Numbered from the stretch's first letter, positions 28,625-37,904 are shown. The stretch is 64,000 nucleotides of DNA from Bacteroidota bacterium (GCA_947453415.1 CANGGG010000003.1:22562-86561), one strand, 5' to 3'. Notes: a model not told the origin generated them from the letters alone. Numbers and translations are program-made.

Positions 28625-31456
28625 ATGAAATTACCAATAATCAATAAAAATATATTTTTACTTTTAAGTGTATTTCTCATTCCCCAAATTTCATTGATTG
28701 CGCAGCAAACAGAAATAATAGAAGGACAATTGATAAGCAAAAAAAATAAAAGTCCTTTAATTGGTGTGGTGATATCATTGGTTAATTTAAACGATTCGTT
28801 TACCAGAAAAAACTGCCTAACTGATAGTGAGGGTAAATTTAAAATACAAAATTTAAAATATGGTACTTATGGTTTTAGTGCCTCCTATATTGGTTTTGAA
28901 AAACTAACAAGCATTATTAAAATAAATTCACCAATAGAAAAAATTGGCGTTTTTAAAATGAATGAAAACTTAAATCAATTAAAAGATGTAAATATTACAG
29001 AAAGTGTCATACGATCGCAACAGAAAAATGATACTATAGAATACAATGCAAAAGCATTTAAAACCAATCCTGATGCTAATGTACAGGATTTGATAACTAA
29101 AATGCCGGGAATTACTTTAGACAATGGAACGGTAAAAGCACAAGGCGAAACTGTTCAAAGAGTAACGGTAGATGGCAAAGAATTTTTTGGGGATGATGTG
29201 GCTTTAGCTTTAAAAAATTTACCCGCTGAGGTAATTGAAAAAATACAAGTTTTTGATAAGCAAAGTGACCAAGCACAATTTACTGGATTCAATGATGGAA
29301 ATACTCAAAAGTCGATCAATATAGTTACAAAAGCGGGAAGAGCTAATGGTAAATTTGGAAGATTATATGCAGGACCAGGAACTGATGACAAATATACTGC
29401 TGGTGGTAATATTAATTTATTCAGGGGAAAGCAACGCATTTCTATTTTAGGACTAAGTAATAACATAAACCAACAAAACTTTGGTTCACAAGATTTATTA
29501 GGCCTTCAAAGTGGAGGTAACCAAGGTGGAAGAGGCGGAATGGGAATGGGAGGAAGAGGAATGGGAATGCCTGGTGGCGGAGGAAATGCAAGTAATAATT
29601 TTGTGGTAGGTAATCAAGGTGGAATTAATAAAACCAATTCGGGTGGTATAAACTTTAGCGATATTTGGGCAAAAAAATTAACAGTAACTGGAAGTTATTT
29701 TTTAAATCAATCAACCAATAACACCAATAACCAATTGCAACGCACCAGTTTTTTAAGTGGTGGTGTGAACCAATTATACAACCAAAATAGCACAAGCAAT
29801 AGTGACAATTTAAACCACAGGTTAAACCTTAGGTTAGAATACAATATTGACAGCAATAACTCCATTGTATTAGCACCAAAATTAAGTTTTCAAGAAAATA
29901 GTGCTAATAGTTTAACCAATGGTTTTACTACATTTAACAATGAATCATTGAATAAAACTAATACCATCAACACCTCTAATAATAGTGGGCTAAGCTTAAA
30001 TAACAATATATTATACCGCCATAAGTTTGCAAAGCAAGGCAGAACAATTTCATTTAATTTAGGAACAGATATTAACGATAAAAATGGATCCAATTATTTA
30101 AGTGCTAATAACACTTTTTATTTTCCAACAGATTCTATTTCCAGGTTTGAACAAAAAACTACTACCAATGGAAAAAGTAACACTCATTCGGGAGCTATCA
30201 ATTACACGGAACAAATTGGTAAAAACGGAATGATCATGGCTAATTATTCGCCTTCATTTACCCAAAACTATAATTACAAATTAACCAATACCAAAGACAC
30301 GCTCAATGGCGAATACAATATATTAAATAATAACTTATCGAGTAATTTTGACAATACATTAACTACGCAAAGAGGTGGTATAAATTACCGATATAAAATG
30401 GGTGAAAAAGCTAATTTGATGTTGGGTGCAAATTATCAAAATGTAATATTAGAAGGAGTGCAAAAAACACCCATTCCAATTAGTGTTAAAAAAACTTTTG
30501 ACAATGTATTGCCAAATGCTATGTTTAGTTATCAAATTAACAAGCAGAACAACATTAGAATATTTTACAGAACCAATACCAATGCACCTGCTATTAACCA
30601 ATTACAAAGTGTAATTGACAATTCAAATCCTTTAAGTTTAAGTACTGGAAATCCACAATTAACACAGGAATTTAGCCACAATTTAGTAACCAGGTATGGT
30701 TTAACAAATGCCGATAAAGGAAAAACTTTCAATTTGTTTTTAAATGCAAATAACACCCAAAACTATATTGGAAATTCAACTTATACGGTAAGAGATAGTA
30801 GCCAAGTTATTGATGGAATTACCCTAAGCAAAGGTTCACAATTAAGCAAACCCGAAAACTTTGACGGATATTGGAATATCAATAGTTTTATTACTTATGG
30901 TTTCCCTATAAAAAAACTAAAAAGTAACATGAATTTAAACCTTGGAACTACCTTTAATAAAACACCTAGTAAAATAAATAATTTGGTAAATTATACCAAT
31001 ACTTTTGTGCTTACTTCTGGTTTTGCCTTGGCAAGTAACATCAGCGAAAAAATAGATTTTACACTATCATATACCGCTTTTTATAATGTGGTAGAAAACA
31101 CCATGAATGCCAAGTTGAACAACAATTATTTTTATCAAATTAGCTCCGCTAAATTAAACTTATTACCATGGAAAGGCTTGGTATTAAGAAGTGAAATTAT
31201 CAATACTTATTATACAGGATTAGGAAGTAGTTTTAACCAAAATTTTTATTTATGGACCGGTGGAATAGGATATAAATTCATGAAAAATAATGCTGCCGAA
31301 ATAGTATTTAATACTTACGATATTTTAAATCAAAACAACAATATAAGCAGAACCATTGCTGGAAACTATATAGAAGACAGTAAAACCCAAGTTTTAACAC
31401 GCTATTACATGCTGGTATTTACATATAATATTAGAAGTTTTGGTGGCAGAAAATAA
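28625..31456 (+). CDS. outer-membrane beta-barrel protein with an N-terminal carboxypeptidase-regulatory-like domain (TonB-dependent-receptor-like)
   Basis: It has a signal peptide and a CarboxypepD_reg-like N-terminal domain (IEGQLISKK…SEGKFKIQNLKYGTYGF). The C-terminal ~700 aa is a beta-barrel with an aromatic terminal. Confidence 0.75.
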   Translation: MKLPIINKNIFLLLSVFLIPQISLIAQQTEIIEGQLISKKNKSPLIGVVISLVNLNDSFTRKNCLTDSEGKFKIQNLKYGTYGFSASYIGFEKLTSIIKINSPIEKIGVFKMNENLNQLKDVNITESVIRSQQKNDTIEYNAKAFKTNPDANVQDLITKMPGITLDNGTVKAQGETVQRVTVDGKEFFGDDVALALKNLPAEVIEKIQVFDKQSDQAQFTGFNDGNTQKSINIVTKAGRANGKFGRLYAGPGTDDKYTAGGNINLFRGKQRISILGLSNNINQQNFGSQDLLGLQSGGNQGGRGGMGMGGRGMGMPGGGGNASNNFVVGNQGGINKTNSGGINFSDIWAKKLTVTGSYFLNQSTNNTNNQLQRTSFLSGGVNQLYNQNSTSNSDNLNHRLNLRLEYNIDSNNSIVLAPKLSFQENSANSLTNGFTTFNNESLNKTNTINTSNNSGLSLNNNILYRHKFAKQGRTISFNLGTDINDKNGSNYLSANNTFYFPTDSISRFEQKTTTNGKSNTHSGAINYTEQIGKNGMIMANYSPSFTQNYNYKLTNTKDTLNGEYNILNNNLSSNFDNTLTTQRGGINYRYKMGEKANLMLGANYQNVILEGVQKTPIPISVKKTFDNVLPNAMFSYQINKQNNIRIFYRTNTNAPAINQLQSVIDNSNPLSLSTGNPQLTQEFSHNLVTRYGLTNADKGKTFNLFLNANNTQNYIGNSTYTVRDSSQVIDGITLSKGSQLSKPENFDGYWNINSFITYGFPIKKLKSNMNLNLGTTFNKTPSKINNLVNYTNTFVLTSGFALASNISEKIDFTLSYTAFYNVVENTMNAKLNNNYFYQISSAKLNLLPWKGLVLRSEIINTYYTGLGSSFNQNFYLWTGGIGYKFMKNNAAEIVFNTYDILNQNNNISRTIAGNYIEDSKTQVLTRYYMLVFTYNIRSFGGRK

Positions 31457-31464
31457 TTACATAT

Positions 31465-31643
31465 CACTCGCTCGCATCTTGCGAGCATAAATTTTTTATA
31501 CAAATTCCCGGTCATTGAGCTTGTCGAAATGTCGGCAATCAATCGCAACTTACAAATCTGAATTTATTTGGCGTTTTGCCCTACATAAAATTTTAGTTTT
31601 TTAAAACAATAACCCTTCGGCAAACTCAGGGTGACATCAAATT
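31465..31643. repeat. GC-rich palindromic intergenic repeat, family B copy 1
   Basis: It has a GCTCGCATCTTGCGAGC hairpin, a TTTTAGTTTTTTAAAACAATAACCCTTCG block and a CTCAGGGTGACA.CAAATT block, all shared with 33953-34074. Confidence 0.55.
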
Positions 31644-31865
31644 TTGGTATAATCAAAATACGAGCGAAGGCTTAGGAATTGTTGTTGGTGCCGCTGCGCT
31701 AAAACACCAACAACGGGCAAATTCCCCTCTTGAGAGGTGGTCGCAAACCGGGGTGGATAATCAGCCGGTGGCTTTTCAATATTCTCACCCGCAAAATTCG
31801 AGCGAATGCCAATAAAGTTAAATTTTATGGTCCTTTGTGACCATAAATACATATGGTCATAAAGG
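31644..31865. other. GC-rich, highly self-complementary non-coding element of unknown nature (candidate structured RNA or decayed element)
   Basis: It has a 10-bp stem GTTGTTGGTG…CACCAACAAC, a CCTCT..AGAGG stem and two near-palindromic TATGGTC…GGTCCAT hairpins. Its GC content is far above the surrounding AT-rich DNA. It has no plausible ORF. Confidence 0.3.
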
Positions 31866-32251
31866 TCCATTTTTATATTTCATACAAATTTTACTCTTTG
31901 AAATTCAAAGTTTTAGAAAACTTAAAAATCAAATTAGGCTAAAGGGATTGCTATTGAGTATTTAACCATTCATTATTGAAAATTATTTTTCTGAAAAACA
32001 GGTAATTAAAAAAATAAGGTAATGAGTTTTTAAAAAATCACTACTACTACCTTAGGTAGAATGAAAATTATTAAATCTATAATTGTTAAATGCTTTTAAA
32101 AAAATATGAAAAAAACTTTTTCAATATATGCTAGTCAAATTACTTTTTGATTATATATGAATGAAAAAGAATATTTAAGTGCATCAATCACTTAATCTAT
32201 TTTAGTTCGACCTTAAATGGCGAACTAGAATTGTATCATTGCAATTGTTTT

Positions 32252-33514
32252 ATGAAAAAAATATTTTACCCTATAATATTCTTCTTCCTTTTTGCCTTAG
32301 GTTTAAAGCTTTCTGCTCAAAAACTAAATGCCTATCAAGAAAAATATGTTCGTAATGTAATTGCACATCAGTTCTATGAATGTGCAAATGGCGTAAATTT
32401 TGAAAGTGGAATGGCCAATTTTTGTATCATTAACCATGATACATTCTTTAATCCTTTTGGCTACCAGTACTTATTTCATATAAAAGGCGATTCCATTGAA
32501 AGGCTTGACCATTCTATGTTTCATGGTGGTAACTTTAAACGCTTTTTATTTACCGACAGTAAAAACATTTATTTATTAGGTGGATATGGAATGTTTTTAA
32601 CTCATAATAATTTAGAAGCTTTCGATTTTAAGTCTCATGAGTGGTATATCAAAGCTACCACAGGAACTAAACCTCCTTATATTAGTGGTTATACTTTTAA
32701 GAATGGAAACTTTGTTTATACATTTAACAACATTAAAAATGGCAATGAAACCGAACCAGATGAATTCAATCGCGATATATATAGACTAGATCTAAATACT
32801 TTTAAATGGGAAAGATTTGAAAACTTAAATACTAAGCTTGATTTTGTATTTAATAAGGTTATCAATAAAGTCGAATTCTTTTACACCAAAGATTATTTGT
32901 TAAACATAAATGGTAATAAATTTATTCTAATTAATCCTAAAAATTTTACGTATTTAATATTAGACAATAATGGTTTAAAATACAAAGAATACAGTTTTAA
33001 AATCCATCTTAATCACTTGTGCATTATCAACCAAAGTAGCAGTGGGATATCAGAAAACGAACAAGTATTTGATATTGATTCATTGTATAAATCAAACCAA
33101 AGTATAGCCGTTCCACTGATATTGACACCCAATTGGCTGCAAATTTTTAATTTAAAATATGCTAAAAGAGTTTATATCATTTTACTGCTTTTATTATTTG
33201 TTTATGTGCTAAACTATGTATTCCAAAAACTAGAAAAAAGAGCAAAAGGAAAAATAAAAATAGATGAAACTCAAATACCCAATAGTGAAAAACAACATCC
33301 GCTCATTCAAGTTATTTTATCTTCCACAAAAAAAGAATTTACTTCCGATGAGTTAGACACCTTATTGGGAATAGATTATATGGAACATGAAAGCAGAAAA
33401 ATGAAAAGACACCGCTTAATTATTCAGTTAAACGAAATTTATCCTAACCTACTTTCAAGAGAAAAAGACCAAAGCGATAAGCGCAAAACTATTTTTACAA
33501 TCAATAAAAAATAA
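32252..33514 (+). CDS. membrane-tethered protein: signal peptide, ~300-aa extracytoplasmic domain, one TM helix and a C-terminal winged-HTH-like (MarR-like) domain
   Basis: It has a signal peptide (MKKIFYPIIFFFLFALGLKLSAQ) and a TM helix (VYIILLLLLFVYVLNYVF). The cytoplasmic tail …TSDELDTLLGI…RKMKRHRLIIQLNE…REKDQSDKRKTIFTINKK resembles a MarR-type wHTH with wing. The ATG at 32252 is preferred over the TTG at 32231. Confidence 0.5.
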   Translation: MKKIFYPIIFFFLFALGLKLSAQKLNAYQEKYVRNVIAHQFYECANGVNFESGMANFCIINHDTFFNPFGYQYLFHIKGDSIERLDHSMFHGGNFKRFLFTDSKNIYLLGGYGMFLTHNNLEAFDFKSHEWYIKATTGTKPPYISGYTFKNGNFVYTFNNIKNGNETEPDEFNRDIYRLDLNTFKWERFENLNTKLDFVFNKVINKVEFFYTKDYLLNINGNKFILINPKNFTYLILDNNGLKYKEYSFKIHLNHLCIINQSSSGISENEQVFDIDSLYKSNQSIAVPLILTPNWLQIFNLKYAKRVYIILLLLLFVYVLNYVFQKLEKRAKGKIKIDETQIPNSEKQHPLIQVILSSTKKEFTSDELDTLLGIDYMEHESRKMKRHRLIIQLNEIYPNLLSREKDQSDKRKTIFTINKK

Positions 33515-33692
33515 GTTAAATAAGATTGATTAGCCTTATTATTAAAAAATAATCGAATTTATTGAACAATTTTTATTTTATAACTATCTCTTTTATAGAC
33601 TTCGTACTTAATTTATACCTAATTACAGTCTATTTGTAATTCTTTAAATTCTTCCTGAGTAATAAAGTTGCGCTTACATTACAATATTTTAA

Positions 33693-33926
33693 ATGTCTGG
33701 CAGAGCGGAACGTTTTTTTATCATTTACAAACGATTGAAGTATAAATCTCAATCCATCAATGAGCTCATGAATTATTGCCATAGCTGTGATATTCAAATT
33801 AGCGAGCGCCAGTTGCAACGTGACCTGAGTTGCTTCAGTGAAATCATTAACGACAAAACCGAATTCTTGGAAATCATTACCGAAGCCAATAATAAAAAAA
33901 GATACAAAATTTCAGAACGTCAATAG
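33693..33926 (+). CDS. small stand-alone HTH protein (DeoR/WYL-type N-terminal HTH-like)
   Basis: A 77-aa protein. ERFFIIYKRLK…SINELMNYCHSCDIQISERQLQRDLSCF fits the R..RL..I…EL……S.RT..RDL HTH pattern. Confidence 0.4.
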   Translation: MSGRAERFFIIYKRLKYKSQSINELMNYCHSCDIQISERQLQRDLSCFSEIINDKTEFLEIITEANNKKRYKISERQ

Positions 33927-33952
33927 TTGTAATTGTAAATAAATCAACCGCT

Positions 33953-34074
33953 ATCGCTCGCATCTTGCGAGTGTGAGTTCAATTGGCGTCCCGCCTAACT
34001 TAAATTTTTTAGTTTTTTAAAACAATAACCCTTCGTCCGATAACTATCGGACAAGCTCAGGGTGACAGCAAATT
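33953..34074. repeat. GC-rich palindromic intergenic repeat, family B copy 2
   Basis: It shares the TCGCTCGCATCTTGCGAG hairpin, TTTTAGTTTTTTAAAACAATAACCCTTCG and CTCAGGGTGACAGCAAATT with 31465-31643. Confidence 0.55.
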
Positions 34075-34124
34075 AACGTTACTTGAAAGACGCGAACAAA
34101 TGATGAACTTTCCAGATGTATCGG

Positions 34125-34260
34125 ATCTTCATAATTTATACTTCATAATTTATACTTTATACTTTATACTTTCCCGATGTGTCGGGACTTCATACTTTTT
34201 ACTTTCCCAGTGCTTTCATGCTTTTTTAATTCATGCTTTATAATTTATAATTCTTATGTA
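34125..34260. repeat. AT-rich microsatellite-like tract
   Basis: It contains CTTCATAATTTATA x2, CTTTATA x3, TACTTT repeats and a short CCCGATGTGTCGGG hairpin. It lies ~80-220 bp upstream of the 34342 start codon. Confidence 0.4.
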
Positions 34261-34341
34261 AAATTCTTATCTCATTTTAACAACTACTGTATAAACCTAA
34301 AAATAAATCTATTATTGAAGTTCAAACAAATAAACTAAAAT

Positions 34342-37300
34342 ATGAAAATAAAAATTACGATGATGTTGTTATTGTTATTGAGTATTAAATACTCAGCACA
34401 ATCACAACAATTAATTACCGAAAACTTTGACTATGCCACAGATTCGGCATTAACATCCAATAATTGGTTACAAGTAGCCGCAGCCACACCACTATTAAAA
34501 GTGGCAAACACTGGCTTAACTTACATCGGATACAACTTATCAGGCATTGGTAAAGCTGCTAAAGTAGACACTGCAGGTCAAGACATTTACCGCGATTTAT
34601 TCAATAATGTTACCACCGGAAACCTATATACTTCCATGATGATTAACGTGAGTAAGGTTACTACAGCAGGTGATTATTTCTTTGCTTATTTACCTCAAAC
34701 TTCTTCCACAGGATACACTGGTAGGTTATATGCTAGAGCAGCTGGTAATGGTTTTTATAAAATTGGTATATCAAAAGGAACTGATGCGGCTGTTTATAGC
34801 ACTGATAGTTTTGCTTTAAACACTACTTCGTTATTGGTAATTAAATACCAATACAATACTGGTACTACAAACGATTCAGTAATGGTTTATAATTTTACAA
34901 GTGGCTTTCCAACTACTGAACCTACAACAGCTAAAGTAGCTACCATAGGCGGAACTACTGTAGATGCTCCTACTTTAGGACGTTTGGCTTTGCGCCAAGG
35001 TGCTGCAGCTAACGCACCTCGCATATTGGTTGATGGTATTAGAAGCGCCACTAGTTGGGCAGACTTAAATGCTGCAACTGTATCAAACTCGCCTTCGGCA
35101 TTTACCATTGCATTTACTACTACTACCACTTCTTCTACCAGAATATCATGGACAAAAAACAGCAATTATATTGATAGTAATTATACTACATTGGTATTTG
35201 TAAAAGCCATTAATCCTATCACAATTGGTACACCTACATTATCGGCAAACGCTTATTCCGCTAACACTGATTTTACATTAGCTAGTTCATATTTCCAAAA
35301 CGATGGAGCTGCTAAATGTATGTATAAAGGCGACACCAGCACCGTTTTAATTAATGGCTTAAACCAAAATACTTTATACCAAGTAGCAGTTTTAGTAGTT
35401 AAAAACACAGACAGCGCGTATTCAGCCGCAACTACAGCAAGTGTTACTACAACAAGCACCGCTCCAAGAACAATGCTTAATTTGTTATTTGCTGCCACTG
35501 GACAAACAAGTGCTAAAGTTAGTTGGTCAAAACCTACAGGTTATGTTAATGCGAGTAATACCATGGTGGTTTATGCTAAAGCAATGTCGGCCATCACAGC
35601 AGGAACTCCAACTACCAATCCATTATTAATTACAGCCGATTCAAATTTTAGTGGAATTGGATCTGCTTTATCACTTGACGCAAGTGCACATTGCATTTAC
35701 AAAGGTGATAGCACTTTTGTAAACTTAGTGGGATTAAATGCAGGTACTAATTATTATATAGCTGCTTATGCCATTAATGATATTGATTCAAATTATTCAC
35801 CTGTAGTAAATGCTACGGGAATAACGGCTAGTTCAGGACCAATCAATGTAAAATTAGTAACAGTAGTTTCGTTTACACCTGCTACCGCTAATTTAACATG
35901 GACTAAAGATACCAGTTACAAAAACACTAACTTTACTACTTTAGTTTTTTTAAAACCATTAAGTTTAATTACACAAGGAACGCCAAATATAAATCCTGCT
36001 AATTATACCGCAAATAGTGTATTTGGTTCAGGTACAAAATATCAAAATGACACCAATGCTTTTTGTATTTACAAAGGTGATTCAACTTTTGTAACGCCAA
36101 GTAATTTAAATGCATCAACCCTTTATTATGCATTAATTTATGTGGTAAGCGATGCTGATTCGTTGTATTCAAATGCCATAACAGCAAGTGTAACTACTAG
36201 AGGCTTACCTCCTACTAATGTTTCGGGAACAACTGTTGCTGGTATAACTACTACTAGCACTAAAATTAGTTGGACAAAACCTTCAAATTATAACAATACT
36301 ACGCTAACTACTTTGGTTTTTGTTAAAGCTAATACCGCAATAACAGAAGGAACACCAAGCAGAACAGTTACTACTATTAATGCAAATGCAAATTTTAGTT
36401 CAGCTTTAAGTTCACGTTACCAAAATGATACTGCTGCTAAATGCGTGTATAAAGGCGATACCAATTTTGTTAATGTTACAGCCATTAATAATTACACCAA
36501 TTACCATGTATTAATTTATGTGGTAAGAGATGCCGATTCAACTTATTCAACTACTAGCGCAACTGGAAGCGGAACCGCATCACCAAATCCTCCAGCACCA
36601 ACGTCATACACCATAGCTCAAATAGGAAACATAAATACTACTACGGGTGTGCCTGACTCCATTAATGTAAGAGTGGCCTTGCGTGGTATCGTTTATAGCA
36701 TTAATCAAAGAACAGCATTACAAGGTGGATTAATATTTGTATTGCGCGATAATACAGGTGGAATTACTGTGGCAAACACTGCAAGTACATTTGGTTATAC
36801 ACCTGTAGAAGGTGATAGCATTCAAGTATTTGGAGTAATATCTACCAATAGAGGTTTATTAATTATCGGAAATATTGATAGCTTAGCTGTTTTAGCTTCT
36901 GGTAAAACTTTAACTAATCCAAAACTTACAACCCGTTTAGGGGAAAATACTGAAAACGATTTAGTACGTTTAAATGTAGTAAAATTTGTTACTAAGCCTA
37001 TTGGAGCAAATTGGACAGCAGGTCAAACTTATAATATTATTACTGCTAATAACGATACTGCTACTATTAGAATTTATAACTCAAGTTTATTGGCAAATAC
37101 TGCTTTCCCTACTACTACTTATTTTCATGTAAAAGGATTTGGTGCACAAGTATCTACTAGCAATGCTGCTCCTTATGCATTTAATGGCTATCAAATATTA
37201 CCAAGAAACGCCAGTGACATCGTTCCTTACAATGCCTTAACAAGTTTTCAAGTGCTGACTCCTGTTACTAATAATAATGTAACAATATCTGGCGACACTA

Positions 37301-37884
37301 ACCAAACTATGTTTACTAATTGGACTGCGTCAATTCTTGATCCAATCAGTTCATCGGTGGGGCCAGTTCTTTATACTTTATCAATAGACACTTTAGGAGG
37401 AAACTTCCGTAACCCACTTGCTAGCTTACTTTCTAAAACTTCAGGTATTGATACCTCATTAGGTATTACCTTCGGTAGATTAAGAAGTATATTAATTTCA
37501 TTAGGTGTTCAAACTAATCAAACGCTATCATTAAAATGGAGAGTAAACGCAGTAGCAGGTCCTTTTACTGTAAGTACTGATTCCATAGTTACCAATTTTA
37601 CTTTAGGTTACGGAATGGGAGTTCAAAACCAAGTAGCTAAAACATTAGTAGCTTATCCAAATCCTTGTAATGAAAATATTTTTGTTCAATTGCCTGCTTT
37701 ATTAAGCAATAATGCAACAATAGAAATAGTAGATTTAACAGGAAAAGTGTTAATTACTAAAACCATTGACAACAAACAATTGAACGAAGTTTCGGTAAAT
37801 ACAAACGCTTTAACTAAGGGAATTTATTTACTTAAATTAACAAATGACAACGAAACATTTATTCAAAAAATGATCAAAGAATAA
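34342..37884 (+). CDS. large T9SS-sorted surface protein with internal Fn3-like tandem repeats
   Basis: It has a signal peptide and at least six ~110-aa repeats (…(I/V)SWTK..(N/G)Y…TLVFVKA…ITEGTP…YKGD(T/S)…YY…YVV.DADS.YS). Its C-terminal VAYPNPCNENIFVQLP…YLLKLTNDNETFIQKMIKE region looks like a T9SS CTD. Confidence 0.8.
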   Translation: MKIKITMMLLLLLSIKYSAQSQQLITENFDYATDSALTSNNWLQVAAATPLLKVANTGLTYIGYNLSGIGKAAKVDTAGQDIYRDLFNNVTTGNLYTSMMINVSKVTTAGDYFFAYLPQTSSTGYTGRLYARAAGNGFYKIGISKGTDAAVYSTDSFALNTTSLLVIKYQYNTGTTNDSVMVYNFTSGFPTTEPTTAKVATIGGTTVDAPTLGRLALRQGAAANAPRILVDGIRSATSWADLNAATVSNSPSAFTIAFTTTTTSSTRISWTKNSNYIDSNYTTLVFVKAINPITIGTPTLSANAYSANTDFTLASSYFQNDGAAKCMYKGDTSTVLINGLNQNTLYQVAVLVVKNTDSAYSAATTASVTTTSTAPRTMLNLLFAATGQTSAKVSWSKPTGYVNASNTMVVYAKAMSAITAGTPTTNPLLITADSNFSGIGSALSLDASAHCIYKGDSTFVNLVGLNAGTNYYIAAYAINDIDSNYSPVVNATGITASSGPINVKLVTVVSFTPATANLTWTKDTSYKNTNFTTLVFLKPLSLITQGTPNINPANYTANSVFGSGTKYQNDTNAFCIYKGDSTFVTPSNLNASTLYYALIYVVSDADSLYSNAITASVTTRGLPPTNVSGTTVAGITTTSTKISWTKPSNYNNTTLTTLVFVKANTAITEGTPSRTVTTINANANFSSALSSRYQNDTAAKCVYKGDTNFVNVTAINNYTNYHVLIYVVRDADSTYSTTSATGSGTASPNPPAPTSYTIAQIGNINTTTGVPDSINVRVALRGIVYSINQRTALQGGLIFVLRDNTGGITVANTASTFGYTPVEGDSIQVFGVISTNRGLLIIGNIDSLAVLASGKTLTNPKLTTRLGENTENDLVRLNVVKFVTKPIGANWTAGQTYNIITANNDTATIRIYNSSLLANTAFPTTTYFHVKGFGAQVSTSNAAPYAFNGYQILPRNASDIVPYNALTSFQVLTPVTNNNVTISGDTNQTMFTNWTASILDPISSSVGPVLYTLSIDTLGGNFRNPLASLLSKTSGIDTSLGITFGRLRSILISLGVQTNQTLSLKWRVNAVAGPFTVSTDSIVTNFTLGYGMGVQNQVAKTLVAYPNPCNENIFVQLPALLSNNATIEIVDLTGKVLITKTIDNKQLNEVSVNTNALTKGIYLLKLTNDNETFIQKMIKE

Positions 37885-37904
37885 TTGGTTTGATAACAAA
37901 CAAA

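Noticed and set aside
31637-31870. 77-aa minus-strand ORF
   Set aside because: It lies wholly within the GC-rich palindromic element. The codon usage is unlike neighbouring genes and the peptide has no recognisable features.
33630-33818. 62-aa minus-strand ORF
   Set aside because: It overlaps the small HTH gene antisense. The HTH reading has recognisable motifs and the antisense reading has none.
34887-36187. Several antisense and alternative-frame ORFs of 60-92 aa inside the 1180-aa gene
   Set aside because: They are products of the Thr/Ala/Ser-rich repeat coding sequence, which is open in several frames.
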